Positions 26,863 through 41,500 are shown, counted from the first letter of the stretch. The stretch: 64,000 nt of DNA from Bugula neritina (GCA_964035545.1 OZ037767.1:28846628-28910627), one strand, 5' to 3'. Notes: generated by a model from the letters alone, not told the origin. Translations and numbers: made by a program.

Positions 26863-27936
26863 AATCAAGCTTCTATTTCTATATTATCAGTCCGTCCTTA
26901 AGTAGTCTTACTCTCTAAAGGCATTTACTTGATGCCTTTGACAATCTTGAACAGAATATGGGTGTGTTTGTGTATACGCTGAGACACACCACTAATGTTT
27001 ATGACAATCCTTAATAGTTCTTGATCTCCTACGAGCATGCGTGTGTTATTTGTGTAATCGTGTAGCTCAAGTATTTCACATAGAGATGAAGATTCGTATT
27101 TCAATCATTCCATTCGCATCTTTTGCTAAGAGCTATATATTTTTATTTAAATTATGAATGTATTTATTGTTAACTTGTTATGTAGTCATTAGTTACTGTT
27201 TGTGTGAAATAAGTCAGAAGTACTATCCAGGGATATCACTAACATCACGGGTTTGAATTTTTAATTCTTAAAACCTCATTTATGTGTCTCATATTGGTTT
27301 AAACCAGGTTTTGTCAAATATATTTATTCATCAGTACTTGTTAGATCATCCCAACAAATTTAACAGTAATTTTGTTACATTTTCTAACTCAATTAATTTA
27401 GTTATTCTCCGCTTCAACTGTAAAAATCCCGCACGTTACTTTAGAAATTATAATGCTTTAGCAAACCTTATGACGGAAAATATTATAGTGTATAAATGAA
27501 GATGTGCCATTAGCTGTAGAATTCTTAGAGCCTAGCGAGGTAAAATTCTTATAGTCAGACAACTCCAAAATACTTAGTGACTCCTCACTAGAAAAATAAT
27601 ATAATTCATATCATAAAACAAAATTATAATACATTATACCAATTTTGTTTAATTATATCAATATAGCTAGCAATCTTCACAATAATATTTGTACTGTTAG
27701 TGGCAAGTGTGAAAAATAGATTCATTTCCATTTCACTTAGTCAACTAAACAGGCTTATCCACAATTACATTAGAAGATAGTTTGCAAGTTGCTGGTCTCA
27801 TCAAGTGGGTGGAGCCAGGTCAGGTGACATTGTATACATCCAGGTTGGTAGAGTGAATCATCTCCTCATATCAAAGTATAAATACTGTGATTACATACTT
27901 ATTAATATCTCAACATAGTCTTAGTATCAGCTGCTT

Positions 27937-30900
27937 TTAGTAATTATCATGTTGATCTAAATGAGAATATAGTCTTCTTGTTTTCTCTCTTTTATTTCGA
28001 TTACCGTGTCTTTTAGAAAGGTGGCTGTCTTTCGAGGCTCTTTTGCCTTTGGTATGCACTGTTGATGAGTTCTGTAAGTATAAGTTTAATAAAGTAAATA
28101 GCAAGTACTACTGAATTGTATGACCTTGAGACTGAATCACTCAATAATATTACTTATTACTGTAAAAAAAACACTACACAAAAGTAGCTGTCCACTACAC
28201 TATAGTGTTATTGATGTAAGTCAGAGAAATACTAAAACAAAAAGAGAGATGCATGGGAAAAGACGTTATTTGGCTACTTTGCTAACATCAGCAATGAAAT
28301 GTGCGAAAAGCATTGATGGAGGTAGGATTTTGAATCCAAACCCCACTTAGCACATAAAACAACAGAAATAATATCAAAACAATACCTGTGAGAAAAATTC
28401 TTTGTCTAGTTTCCGGCTAGCTGATTTATCAATTTCAATATCGATGTCATCAATACTTTCAGATATGACATCCAGCTGGCAGGCAGTCTGTGAAATCCTA
28501 CTAGGCACTGCAGGTGTGCACACGTACTCCTCCTTACTTACACCAGGGGGAGCTTCACAAAACAATAACTTACCCTACAAAATAGCAGTAAGAACTTAAT
28601 GGCTTCATCAAACCTTTCCAGCAAAACCCAACAGTCAACTATAACAAGAATTAGCAAAAGCAAATTATGACGAGATTTCATAATTTTCACAGAAGTTCAA
28701 CTTGAAAACTTTAAGCTCAGTTAATCAACAGTCTTTATAATGTATAGCGATGACTCACATTGAAATAGTCTTTAAGAAGAATTCGAGCAGATCTGGGACA
28801 ATCTGGTACGCCACTGGATGTCATGAACCCTCGCATAGCTACAGAATAACAGAGTATGCAATGAGAGATTTATTGCTGTAAACATCTCAACTCTATGAAC
28901 TAGTACCACTATAACATCATACCATTGAAGTTAGCACAATTAATTACAACACAAGGACCCGAAACACCATTAAAGTTCCATTTAGCACAACCAGAGTCAA
29001 GGGGGTTTATAAGTTTGAAAGAGGTTCCAATAACATAAATAAGTCACAACTATTACTGCTTACATATTACCAAGTTTTGTTAGGTAGATAAGTTGTCTCA
29101 GGAGAAACCCCCACTCCCATAAAGAAACCCCACCGTGTGAAACTGCTATCTAAAGTTCTGTTAACCCACCGCCATATGCATTGAGCAGCTCCAAATCTGT
29201 GGGTGGTCTGTTGGCTTCTTCACCCTCTTTAGGTTTCCTGATGCTAATTCCGTAAGTAGCTTCTAAGCTCCGCCTACAAATCACAACCGACATACAGAGA
29301 CATGCAAAACATGGGTCTAGTCACAGAGAAAGCTTGAGAATGTTGACCAGATAATTGCTATTTGTACAAAAGAACACCTCCTCCTTGACTCATTGACTTC
29401 ACAAACTAAAGGTTCATGAGTTGAGAGACTGTGAATTCCTTCATACCACACACACTAGCACGTAGATCTATTAGATGCACTAATAGGTAAATCTATTAGA
29501 CAAGCTAGCAGGTAAACCTGACCCACCTTGGTATTTTGTGTGCAAGTCCATTGATAGCAGGTCTGTGGTCTCTCATTTGATCAATTGGAAGGATACCATT
29601 AAGAATCATCTCAGCTTTAGTAGTGACAAAAGAAGGCATCACCAACCCTGTAAATATATACCAGTATGGTGTGTGTTCTAAAACCTAGCTCTTCGTTCTG
29701 GTAGAGCAATTCTTGAAAGCAATATTTATTTACCAGAAAGAAAATAAAACGGAAAAAGCAACAACTACAACCTCACTGCCAGGGCTTGTGAGATTGACTT
29801 TGTTCAACAAGCCTAATTAAATTAATACAATTAAATATAAGCACGTCACAAATTTTCTTTTATTTATACATCATCATATTTTAAAAAATTGAACTTTTTG
29901 TCAAAATTTAGCAGACTCATCATTAGCTTTGAAGTTTCAAGCGTATTAGTTGCTTCAAATCCATACTAAAATTTTGTTTAAAATCCAATATACTTGACTC
30001 AAGAATTTTCAGACCTCAAAGAGCTTCAAGCTCTGTTCAAATAGAGAAAACCATTCCATCATTCAAACACACAAGAGTTATCTTACCAGGACAGTCACAC
30101 AGGACCGTATTGTTGTCTATAATGTGGGTCTGGAAATGTTTAGTTCTCCCAGGAGTTGCTGATACGGGGCATTGCTTAGCCTGGAGCAGTGCATTTATAG
30201 TTGAGCTCTTCCCAACGTTCGGATAGCCAACCTGTGAACATGTGAGAGTTTTCATTAGACATTAATGTGCCTTCACTCTGTCAGAAAAAGTTTAAATTGA
30301 ATAAAATGTTGAAAATTTTAAACCACTAAAGTAAGATTTGAAAACTTGAATAGTTTGTTTCGCTGAAAAAAACATGGAAACTGATATGCAGCAAACTTGA
30401 GGTTTACTCACAAATCCAATAGTAAACTCTTTGCCTGGTTCAAGACTGGCAGGTCTTAGAGACTGGAGTTGCCCTATCAACTCTGATGCACTGTGTAGTG
30501 TAGAGGTGTTTGTGAATTCGTCAGCAGCTTGCAATGGCGCACTAATGTTATCTGTCGCCTCCATTTTAGCCTTAAATATAATATCATAACATATTTTTTA
30601 TTTATAAACTTCAATTACAAATGACTCGACAAACAATACAATACATTTAGTAAAATTCCACAACCAGACTGAAATATGCTGAAAAGAGAAATATGGTTTT
30701 ACATATCATGGAAATAAGTGACAATATTTAGTACTCAAAAGAGTCAAAAACTGCAAGAAGTCTAATTTCACACAACATGACAATGACAACCCAATCAAGG
30801 TATCTTAAACTAAAATTTGTTGACAATAATTAATGGTGAAGTTAAAATGTACGGTCGAAATTTCTCAGCTCCCATCACAGGCCAGCTTTGTTGATGTGCA

Positions 30901-33900
30901 ACAAATTCAGTTTTTACTTCTACAATGGCTCAGCCTTCCAGTTATCTCAAGCCTCTTTTTCAACCATTCAAAATAAATGCTTTCCAACCCAATACTATAC
31001 TTTTGATTTTGGATAAAATCTGCAATAAAACTCGGTAATTCACAACAGGAGCTACAGAAGCATTTTATAAACTCATTCTAACATCTGGACCTAGTTCCTA
31101 ACATACTCGCTATTCATCTACCCACCTGTTCTGCTTCATCTTCAACCTTTTCTGCTTCATCTTCAACCTTTTCTGCTTCATCTTCAACCTTTTCTGCTTC
31201 ATCTCCAACCTTTTCTTTATAGTGCTACAGAAGCATTTTATAAACTCATTATAACATCAAAATGCATATATAACATCTAGATCAGATTCCTACTATACAC
31301 GCTATACATTTACCAACCTTTTCTGCTTCATCTTCACCCTTTTCTGCTTCATCTTCAACCTTTTCTGCTTCCAACTTGGCTGACCAAAACAAAATACGAA
31401 CTCCACTTTTGTTGAAGTAATCACACCAGTACTGCCTGCAATTCATTGGTTCGTGATTGAATATATATGCATGCAACTAAATTACCATATATTATATATA
31501 TTCTTATATTCTAATAAACTGCTAACAACATTTTATACAATTAAAAATGAAAAATTGTAAAGCAACGTATAAAGCAACGTATAGTACAGCATAGTGAAGT
31601 ATATTATAATATAGTATATTATAATAAAGTACAGTACAGTGTAGTATAGTGTAGTATATTATAATATAGTATATTATAATAAAGTACAGTGCAGTGTAGT
31701 ATAGTGTAGTATATTATAATATAGTATATTATAATAAAGTACAGTGCAGTGTAGTATAGTGTAGTATAGCACAGCATAGTATAGTATATTACAATAAATT
31801 ACAGTACAGTATAGTATAGTATAGTATAGTAAAGTGTAGTAAGATACTAGCGGACTAGCCACTAAATACTCACCGCTGATGGTCAGTTAGGAAGTCACTT
31901 TTATTTATCAGTATGACATTGACCTTAGTCTCCTCCACTTCTCTTACATACGCCTCCAAGTCTTCACATCTGAACAGGAGTGGGTTTCTACTGTCGACAA
32001 TCTGCACCACAACGTGACTGCAACGACAGAGTCACACAACGTGACATCTAGCTACATCTTGTGCATGCATCACATCTGGCTGAAAACCTCATTGTGGCTA
32101 GCATTATAAAAGCAATATTCTTGTAAACACAAACATTATTTATCCTATAAAGTAGTAGAGACTAAACACTCCTTGTACCTCCTCTCAATGACCCTCCACA
32201 ACTGCCGCCAGAAGTCCAGGTTCTTCTCAAAGGGCGTGATGGTAATATTCTCCATGTCCTGGAGCTCAGCCAGACTTCTCCTCCACTCCAGGAAGTCTTG
32301 TCTCTCCAGGGACTGCAACTCCTCGGCAGACATTCCACCGTGCCAGTTGGGTCTGAGACAGAAACACACAATGTTACTATATTAGCACATTACTTATTAT
32401 ATTACAATACTGCTATATCACAATATTGGTATATTACAAATACACTATATTACCACATTTCTATATTAAAATATCACTGCATTAATATATTACAATGTTA
32501 CTATATTGCTGCATTACTATATTAACATATTATGATATTATTACATTAAAAAATTAAAAGCAAGAGGTTTCCACTTCATAACAAATAAATTTTTTTGTTG
32601 AAACATCACAGTTACCTGTGTAAGTTATACTACTAATACGTAATCATCTTTATCAACCATTACTTGTTACAACTCAAAAAGCAAACCAGTGGTGGACAAT
32701 TCAGACACAGAAATATAGTCACTTTATTCACTACTTCAAACTAACCTTCTTGGAATTCGAAGTTGCTGTTTGTATTTTTCCTGGGCTTCAGTTATTCTCA
32801 CCATATCAGACTCGGAAGGAATACCAGTGGCTGCAGTTGGCCCAGCAACGATCTGTTGTAATGAAATTCTAAGTAGACACATCCCTAATAATACTAGAAT
32901 ATAGCTATGAACCTACACTATAATATTACAATAGTAATTACTATCTTTTAGTTTGTGTTTACAAATTGCCTTCATGTTAAGAACTTTATCCAAAATCACA
33001 CACTCAAATTTCCTAGTCTATATGAGATAAGAATGCTCATAACTTGGCTTTACACATAAAATGCTAAATAGGATACTAACATGTATTTACAAACAGAAGC
33101 TGTTCTGTTTGTAAATAGAAATAACCAACAAACCTCAACATTCAATTTCTCGGCAGTAAATTCTGTGCCAGCCAATTCTGCAGTGGCCAAGAAATCATCC
33201 AGCTGATTCTGCTCTGTGACAGACTGCAGGTTCTGTAAGCGACCCCACTCATACCCATCCTGTAACTCGCTGGTGTGAAGCTGAAATATATTCAAATATT
33301 ACACCCTGAGTCTTTCAGCAGTACAATAAACATGGAGAATGAATAAAGAGGTATTTGAAATATCAGTTTGCTTTGCTTTAACAACAGTTTCTTTCAATTA
33401 TTAGTTTTAATTTGAAATACTTTAGTGGGAGACTACAAAAAAAACTTTGCCATTTAGAAATGCCAAATTTAACCAAATTTATAGTACTGCAGTTAATATG
33501 CCGAGTCACAATCACGGGCTTTCCATGTACCGATCTCAGATCGATCTCAGCGATCGATCTCGCTGAGATCGATCTGAGACATGTGCTCAGATCGATCGTT
33601 TTTCCATGAGAGTGTCAGATCGATCTCGCGAAGTTGCCTCCTCTTAAGTGAAGGATACTTTGAAAGTATAATTTGTTCACCTATTTGAGTGATTAAAGCT
33701 ACTACTGTTGAAAACAAGGTGGTAGTAATCTAAAATTTAATCCTAGCTATAAACTATACGCAGCAAAGCTTTCAGTGTATGGTAATTTGGCCAATTTAAA
33801 ATAAATAATTTTAATTTTTTAGCTTGACAGCTTATATAAAATTAATGGCTGTCTTGCAGATTATTAATAAACTTACAGGACTGTTAGGCCTAAAATTACA

Positions 33901-34691
33901 AAGAAAATAGCTAATGAAACTAAGTTTTAATAGTCATTTAAATTCAATTTAAATTCTCCCATTTTTTTTACCTTCTGCTGCATATAATTTAGTTTTCTTA
34001 ATCATAGTACTGAAAGTCAAAGTTTTGGCATCTGAAAAAGTGGCTATCATAATTATTTAATATTTTGCTTAGTAATTATCAATAAGTTATCATTTTTATT
34101 AGCAGACAACATTGTAGCGCGCAGTCTTTTTCTACTTCTCAGATCGATCTTGCGTCTTTCCATGGTCTTATTGACATGAGATCGATCTGAGTTCCAGCTC
34201 CACAGACCGACCAGCTCAGATCGACTGAGATCGATCTTTGGCGTCTTTCCATGGATCGATCTCGCTGAGATCGATCTGAGATCGGTACATGGAAAGCCGG
34301 TGAATAATAACAACAAAATAAGTACAGATATCAATGTGATAAAATACTACAATAACTTGAAGCTAAATATCTGAATATAACTTTAAATTAACAATTAGCT
34401 GTATTTTCCTAGACTATATTAAGTACCAACATCAGCTTCTATGTTGAACTGGTACTTTAAAATACCAGCAATACAATCACATAATAGTTTATGGTGTGTT
34501 ACTTCGTCAATATTTAAAATGAAAGTAGTTAAGAAGAAGTCAAACACATACTGATAACTATCTTTAGTAAACATAGCAATACTCACAAAAGAGTCCGCAG
34601 ACCTGTGCTGACCCTTGCTAGCAAATCTATCTTTTATGATGAGTGAGCCAACTGATTGAGCATTACCAGACTTTTTCTTGTTTCTCCCCAT
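27937..34691 (-). CDS. LSG1: Large subunit GTPase 1 (circularly permuted GTPase, 60S maturation), multi-exon
   Basis: ATG 34691 (MGRNKKK); peptides LHTSELQDGYEWGRLQNLQSVTE, ITPFEKNLDFWRQLWRVIERS, G1 GYPNVGKSSTIN, PGRTKHFQT, G3 LCDCPG, C-terminal RRLYSHLD; stop at 27937. Confidence 0.95.
31570..31840. repeat. (tatag/tgtag)n low-complexity repeat in an LSG1 intron
   Basis: Visible 5-mer and longer tandem units. Confidence 0.85.
33513..34302. mobile_element. Non-autonomous DNA transposon (MITE, 790 bp) in LSG1 intron 1
   Basis: ~37-bp TIR cac(g/c)ggctttccatgtaccgatctcagatcgatctcagcga at both ends, 3-bp direct repeat AAT on both flanks (33510-33512, 34303-34305), subterminal agatcgatct palindromes. 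Confidence 0.88.
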
Positions 34692-35694
34692 AACACTAGT
34701 AGCAAATATATTTAAAAGATAATATGTGTACACTATGCCGATGAGAAGAGGCAGGGCATAATCAAGACTAAAGAAAAAGCCAAGAGATATTGAAAGTTTC
34801 AACAGCAAAACCTTAGTAGTTCTAGCTTCCACTTATTAGCTCAACAAATACATGTTAAACAGGCAAGTCGTTACACAACTAGCAATAATCCCAATGATAG
34901 TCATGCCATCATTATTATGATTTTAGGTTCAGGATTGATCTAGCTAGTCATGGTTATAAACAAACTGTAGCAGCAATCAATAGTATAATGATAAGCATAA
35001 TGGTGATGAATATTATAGTGAAACTGAATAGGTGGTCTACCTTTAGGTTTCACTTTGAATAATAAGTTTAACTTAAACTTATAATTATAACTAAAAGTAT
35101 TACCATTACTTTTACCATTTAAGTTACTATAACCAGTAGGCTATAGATCTATCATCTATCATTTAATTTTATGAGTAGACTACCATACTTGTACTAAGAG
35201 TAAGTTCCTATCAAATTCAATCAGCTACTAGGATATTATATATAATCTAATACTTAAACTAAGAGTAAACGGCCAAGTCTTACTGATAGTAATTATAAGG
35301 TTAAGACTAGTACTACTACTTATACTAATAGTAATAGACATAGTAAATGTAATAGTAAAAAGAGTAAGTGTAACTGTAGGCTTAAAAGTACACGGAAAGG
35401 CAAGACTAAGAGTAAGAGTAACTGCAAGTGCTCTTGCCTCGTAGACTGAGACTGTAGCATAAGGACAAAAATCAAAGGTCTGAGGGGGGTTGCTCAGCCC
35501 GAACTTTCACTTTCAGCATGAGCATTTATTTTATAAGCATTTAATTTTAAATTCCTGAGTATCAGTATAAAAATAAAATATTACTAAAATAGAAGTTCAT
35601 ACTGATAGTCATAGTCATAGTGATGCTGATAGTCATACTCGTAGTGATATCCATATTGATATTCAATTTCACATTGATATTCTGATTCATATTG

Positions 35695-37348
35695 CAACAT
35701 TGTACAATCAGGCTGTTTGCTGATGATGCCCTGGCTTATATGACTATAAGGAACAATGGTGACCAAATAAGTTTTCAATCTGGTATCAATAAATTAGCAG
35801 AGTGGGCCACTAGCAACCAAATGCAATTCAACATTGATAAGTGCCACATAACTAAATTCTGTATGCATAAAAACAAAAATACCAGGAATATTCCATATAA
35901 TTATAGCCTTTATAACAAGAATCTAAAGTGTGTTGACCCCTTCAAATATCTGGGAGTTACAATCAGTAACAACCTTAAGTGGGACCAGCACATTGCTAAC
36001 ATTACATCTAAAGCCAGCCAAAAATTAGGGATGATGAAAAGTGCTCTGTATAAAGCCCCAAAAAAAGTTAAACTAATTGCTTACATAACCTTTTGCAGAT
36101 CTATTTTGGATTATGCAGCGGAAATATGGGATCCTTATTTGGATAGACAGGTTGAACATCTTGAACAGGTGCAAAGAAAGGCCGTGCGATTTATTTGCAA
36201 TATGAAAGGACGTCAAGATAGTGTGAGTGAGAAACTAGAGCAGTTAAAACTAATGCCACTTAAAGGATTGCTCTATCTTGTCTAATAAATGGCCATTTAG
36301 GTCAAACACACATAATATTGTGTTTTTCTAAGCATGCATTGACAAAAAGCATTTGACCAAAGGTAGAAAAAGTTAGTTGAAGTTGAGGGTGTAGATTGGT
36401 AACAGCCAAAACGCCGATTTTGAAATGAGCTGGGAACTGTGACGTAACAGCGCCAGCATTCCTGCTGGTCACGTGACTATACAAATGAATAACTATAGAA
36501 ATATGACTGTGAGATGTGATCTTTCAGCTCGTAATTTGTATATTTATAGAAGTGCAAATGTGAATTATCTCAATCTATAGTTTTTTGACATTTTATATAA
36601 CATGTATGTGATACAATTAGGCCATATTTTGCTTGTAAACATTAGAAAAAAGCATTGCAAAAACATGCATTCTTTAGGATGAATGTCTGCGATCGATCTA
36701 AACTAGGTCAGATTGTGCAATATTACGGGCACACCAAAGCTGACCTATATAGCGCACTGTAACTGCTTGAGCGTTATTGGTTGATGTTGTGCTCAGCAAC
36801 CTTGAATACTAGCATTATAGTTAGCACGTGCAGCATAGTTACTGGCGTTCACACGTCACGTATTAGGCTATTCTTTTTCATGGCTGAAAATTTTACCTCC
36901 CTCAAAATTGGAATTTTGAAAAGCTGTTTTCTAGGCACATATCCCTTTGCAAAGTCACAATTGTTTGCATACACATCAGATTATAGTTCATAATTATAAT
37001 GTGATTGTAATAAACTAAGATTGAGCAATCCTTTAAACAGAGGAGGAAAACATCTAGGATTAAATTAATGTTGAGAATCTTGGGAAACTCTGCTCACTCG
37101 TCATTAGCCAAGTCCTTTGATAAACTTGTGGCCTGTGATTCCAAAACTAATGTCCAGACTAGATCTGCCACTAAAGAGTTACCACCTGCTCTTGCTGCGA
37201 GTAACAGTTTTCTGCACAACAGTTTTGTCCATCGCACTTCACGAGATTTAAGATCATAAGACTTGTAGTAATCAACAATCACAGGTCTGAAGACCTTAAC
37301 TTTCCCATATATAGGGGTCTAAAGGTTCAAACAAAACAAGAACAAGAA
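35695..37348 (+). mobile_element. 5'-truncated LINE (CR1/L2-like RT C-terminal half) split by a nested insertion
   Basis: LFADD, FNIDKC, FKYLGVTISNNLKW, IWDPY motifs in ORF 35692-36285. The frame resumes after 37036 (LMPLK-QRRKTSRIKL...RDLRS*, stop 37259). (AAGAAC)n tail at 37333-37350; possible TSD CATATTG at 35688-35694 and 37349-37355. Confidence 0.9.
36264..37032. mobile_element. Non-autonomous TTAA-site DNA transposon (Kolobok-like) nested in the LINE
   Basis: TTAA at 36260-36263 and 37033-37036; 16-bp TIR aggattgctc(t/a)atctt with one mismatch; excision restores the LINE ORF. Confidence 0.88.
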
Positions 37349-38508
37349 CATATTGATAATCAAATAAATCATAAGCAATATTATCAATATGAATATGAAA
37401 TTGAATGTCCTTATCATATTGATATTTTTAGTTGTTGATATTTCATCATTTATATTATCAATTACAACATATTCATATTGATATAATTATATTTATTGTA
37501 ATAAATAATTATTAATTTTAATTTATTCTTATTGAATATGAAATTAAATAAGTTATTCAATTTCATATTGATATTGAATTTGATATTGTCATTGATATTC
37601 AATTTCATATTGAAATTGATCAGGACAATTCATTATGATTATATTTAATTGATATTCATATTCACATTGATTAGTGATTGATACTGTCATACTCATAGTG
37701 ATTGTGATTAATATTATAATTATTATTAAATTTAATATTAATATTATAATTATTAAATTTAATGATTTATTAATATTGAGTTTGACAAAGCTTCTGCCAC
37801 TTCGCGATAGCTTGCATTTAAAGTATATTACTATAAGTATATATAATTAAATGTTACCAAAGTACATTCCATGAATTAATATTCTAGTGGTAAGTTAGTA
37901 AATATATAATGACTAATGACTAATGAGTTAGGGTTAACACTTTCACTTTGATTTTGTGTGCAATTACATGCGTTTCCGGCCATGACCCTAAACATTATTA
38001 TCGTAGCTCATTGGCTTTGCGCAGTACTCAAAATATATCGGCTTTTTAATTTTGTTAAACTGTATTTATGGGGCCAATAAACTTTAATTTATAGAGTGAT
38101 TCCACATAACTTGTGATTCCGGTATTCAACATCGTCATCGGCGTACATGAACAAGATCTTATCAGTCATCACATTAACTTTAAGTTTAACTAATTTAACT
38201 GATTGTCTTCGAGTTTCTTTGCAAAATATGTATCAAAATTGGAAATAGTTTGCTTTAACTTTTAGTTAAACTTTGATTTATCGTCATTCTGATCATTATT
38301 TCTAGTTTTCAGGCTAAAGCAAGTACCCTCAGATTGAAAAAGTTTCAGTTTGAGTTTGACTTTGTGTTAACAATAACTCTAGTACTAGTACTATTATTAG
38401 TTTTGATCTTGCCCTCGTTTACTCATTTGTACCAAAAAATTTTTATAGGTTATTAAGTTTAACAACTTGAGCTAATAAAGAATTTTGGCAGAGAAATAAT
38501 TATTTGAA

Positions 38509-41500
38509 ATGACTGAGAGAAAGACTTTGAACGTAAGTATAATCTAGTGTTATTTATTGATAATGATTATGATTATCATAATCTTTGTTAAGTTATTTAA
38601 AATAAATAACAATGACATTATCATGATGTCATTATTGTTTATTTTAAATAACTTTTAGCTTCAAGTTTAGGTATAACACCAACAGTCGGCATAACCATAA
38701 ATCATTTGGATTTATTCAAGGCAAATATTTATATTGACCTCAAAAAGGTTCACCATGAGTAATTACTAATTAGTATACAATAATAATTGTGTGGTACCAC
38801 TCAATTGATTGTATAGAGTAGACACTATGGTTGCACTTATAGACGTTAGATTGTGCTCATTCACACTGATTATTTTGTCAATCAAAACGAAGAGAACTAT
38901 CAGTATCAGTATTGCAATATAAATACCATTGCAGTTTCTCACCAAGAACCATTAGAGACACCAGAGTGCATATAAAAAATAATTAACACAATTTTCAATT
39001 AACCTGTAGTCAAACTGATTTCACACTATAATAAAATGAGACACTTCTATAACATTACGTGTTCCCAATTGTTCGATATCTTCAAAGGTACAATATGTAC
39101 TTGTTCTATGCTGTATAGTTCAAGCTTTCAAATACAATGTTTAATTAGAATAAAAATGTTACGAGTAAGTTGAATAAATGTGTACTTCATCTCTTAGTCT
39201 CATTATGACAAATCAGTTAGTTGAGTGTGAGTTTGTGATACCTTAAGATATAGATAAATGTTGCATCCCTTCAAACTGTAGGTAAAGCACATTCATTTTT
39301 ACTCCTACTTTTAAATAGAGTGTGCTCATTTAGCATAAAATGGTTAACCAAGGTTATTCAACATAAAAGTGTAAATTAATATAAAAGGTTGAATTGTTTT
39401 AGAGATACTACCCAGTGGACTATGATCCTGCTAAAATTCCTAAGCTCAAAACCAAGCAGAAGGAGCAAAACCGTTTGTGGGGTATTCGAGTGATGGCCCC
39501 TTTTAATATGAGGTACTTGTGGATCTTGCTAACTGCCATTATGAAGAACTTAAATAACATATCAAGCATTAAAACTATTTTTTTTATGACTACTTCTTAT
39601 TTTGTGGACCATTCATTATCAATGTTATATATCATGTATTATTTTAAAAAATTTACCTGTGTTATTTGATAAAAACAGATCTATCTAATTTCTATTCTTT
39701 ATTTCAATAATTAATATTTGTATTTATGCAGATGTAATACATGTGGAGACTACATCTACAAGGGTAAAAAGTTTAACTCAAAAAAGGAGACAGTGTCAAA
39801 TGAAGATTATCTGGGAATAGAGATTCACAGGTTTTATATTAGATGCCCAAAATGTGTAGCTGTTATAGCTTTCAAGGTAGGTCTTAGTATTCCAGCGGTT
39901 TATTTATATGACCTCATTCATAATAATTAGCAATACAATTTGTTTTAGCACTACATTGGTGCCGGTGTATTCATCAACCTTTGAAATTTGGAAGCAATTC
40001 TAGTTATTCTGAAATAACTACAAACTCACACTGTGCATGGTGCATCTGTCAATAATTTTAGATCAGAATTGCCAATTCTGGCAGATTCTTTTTTAGTGAT
40101 TTTTAACTTTAGAATAGATGCGTATTAGTAATTGATTATTAGTAATTGAGTATTAATAATTGATCATTAGTAATTGACTATTAGGAGTTGAGTGAGTGTA
40201 CAGCTGCAAATTTTGCTGTAGACTGACCCCAAGAACTGTGACTACACCCTGGAAACAGGCGCGACCAGAAACTTTGAAGCTGCTAAAACTTTGATGGAAC
40301 AGGAAAAGAAAAAGCAGCAAGCAATAGAAGATGAAGAGGCAGCAAATCCTATGAAGGTCAGCGCCATATAAAAGCCTCACTCTTCTGGCAGAAATTGTCA
40401 GTTGTATCTATTATCTAGGTTAAAAGATCTGCGCAAATGTTATTATCTGTTGGAGTTTTAAGGCTTTCATCAAATGATTAAGCACTATTCAATTGAAGTT
40501 GAATAATAAGATCATTTAAGTTTTGTAATTGTTGATGCCATTTTATTTCATCATTTTTACACGAGCTGATGCATTACTGCGCTCATTTATGGAGTATTGC
40601 ATGTGGTGAAATTTAAGGTGCTAGAAAATCGAACAAAACAGAGCCGTAATGAAATGGACACGATGGAAGCTTTGACTGAGCTGCGAGAAATGAATGCACG
40701 ACATGAGAAAGTTGACCATGACGGAATAATTAGAAAGGCCAAGTTATACCAACAAGAGTTAGAGCGTTTGCAAAAGGAAGAGGAGGATCGTCTAATTAGG
40801 TATATACATTCCTGACCTATATAGTCTAATTAGGTATATACATTCCTGACCTATATAGTCTAATTAGGTGTATACATTCCTGACCTATATAGTCTAATTA
40901 GGTATATACATTTCTGACCTATATAGTCTAATTAGGTATATACATTCCTGACCTATATAGTCTAATGTCAAAACTCAAAAACCTACTCTTAACTTTTAAT
41001 TTGGAGAAATATTTTGTCTGGAAAGTATTTATTACAAATTCTCTTCTATTTTTAATAGTCATGTTGAGAAATTTCGTATTTTCAACATTTTCTTCATCTA
41101 GCACATAATGTAGTATTTAGGGTTAGCAGATGTTATTTACTTAATTTTAATTTCCTATTCAAGTACTCTGATAATTTGGAAAAAGTTTTCCTCTAAAAAT
41201 ATCCATTCATAAGGGTTTTCTCTCTGTCTAAAGTTTGGAAAATCTGGTTGCTGTTGTAAAATATAGAATTACCATTTATTAATTTGTGAATTGGGCCTAT
41301 TGATAATTTGATAATAAGTATAAGAGAAGTAACTCCCAATTAGTCTATAGCATGCAGTATGTTATCTTACAGGGACTTGTTTGGTTCTGCTGAAGAGGCA
41401 AATGGGGAGACAATAAGGCGTATAGACTCAGATGGTGAAGATGATCCTCTTCCTGTGAAAAGAGTCAAAGTAGAGATAGAATCGCCTTCTGATTTACTTG

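Noticed and set aside
34848-34870. p53RE-like ATACATGTTA-aac-AGGCAAGTCG upstream of LSG1
   Set aside because: Three mismatches plus a spacer; expected by chance.
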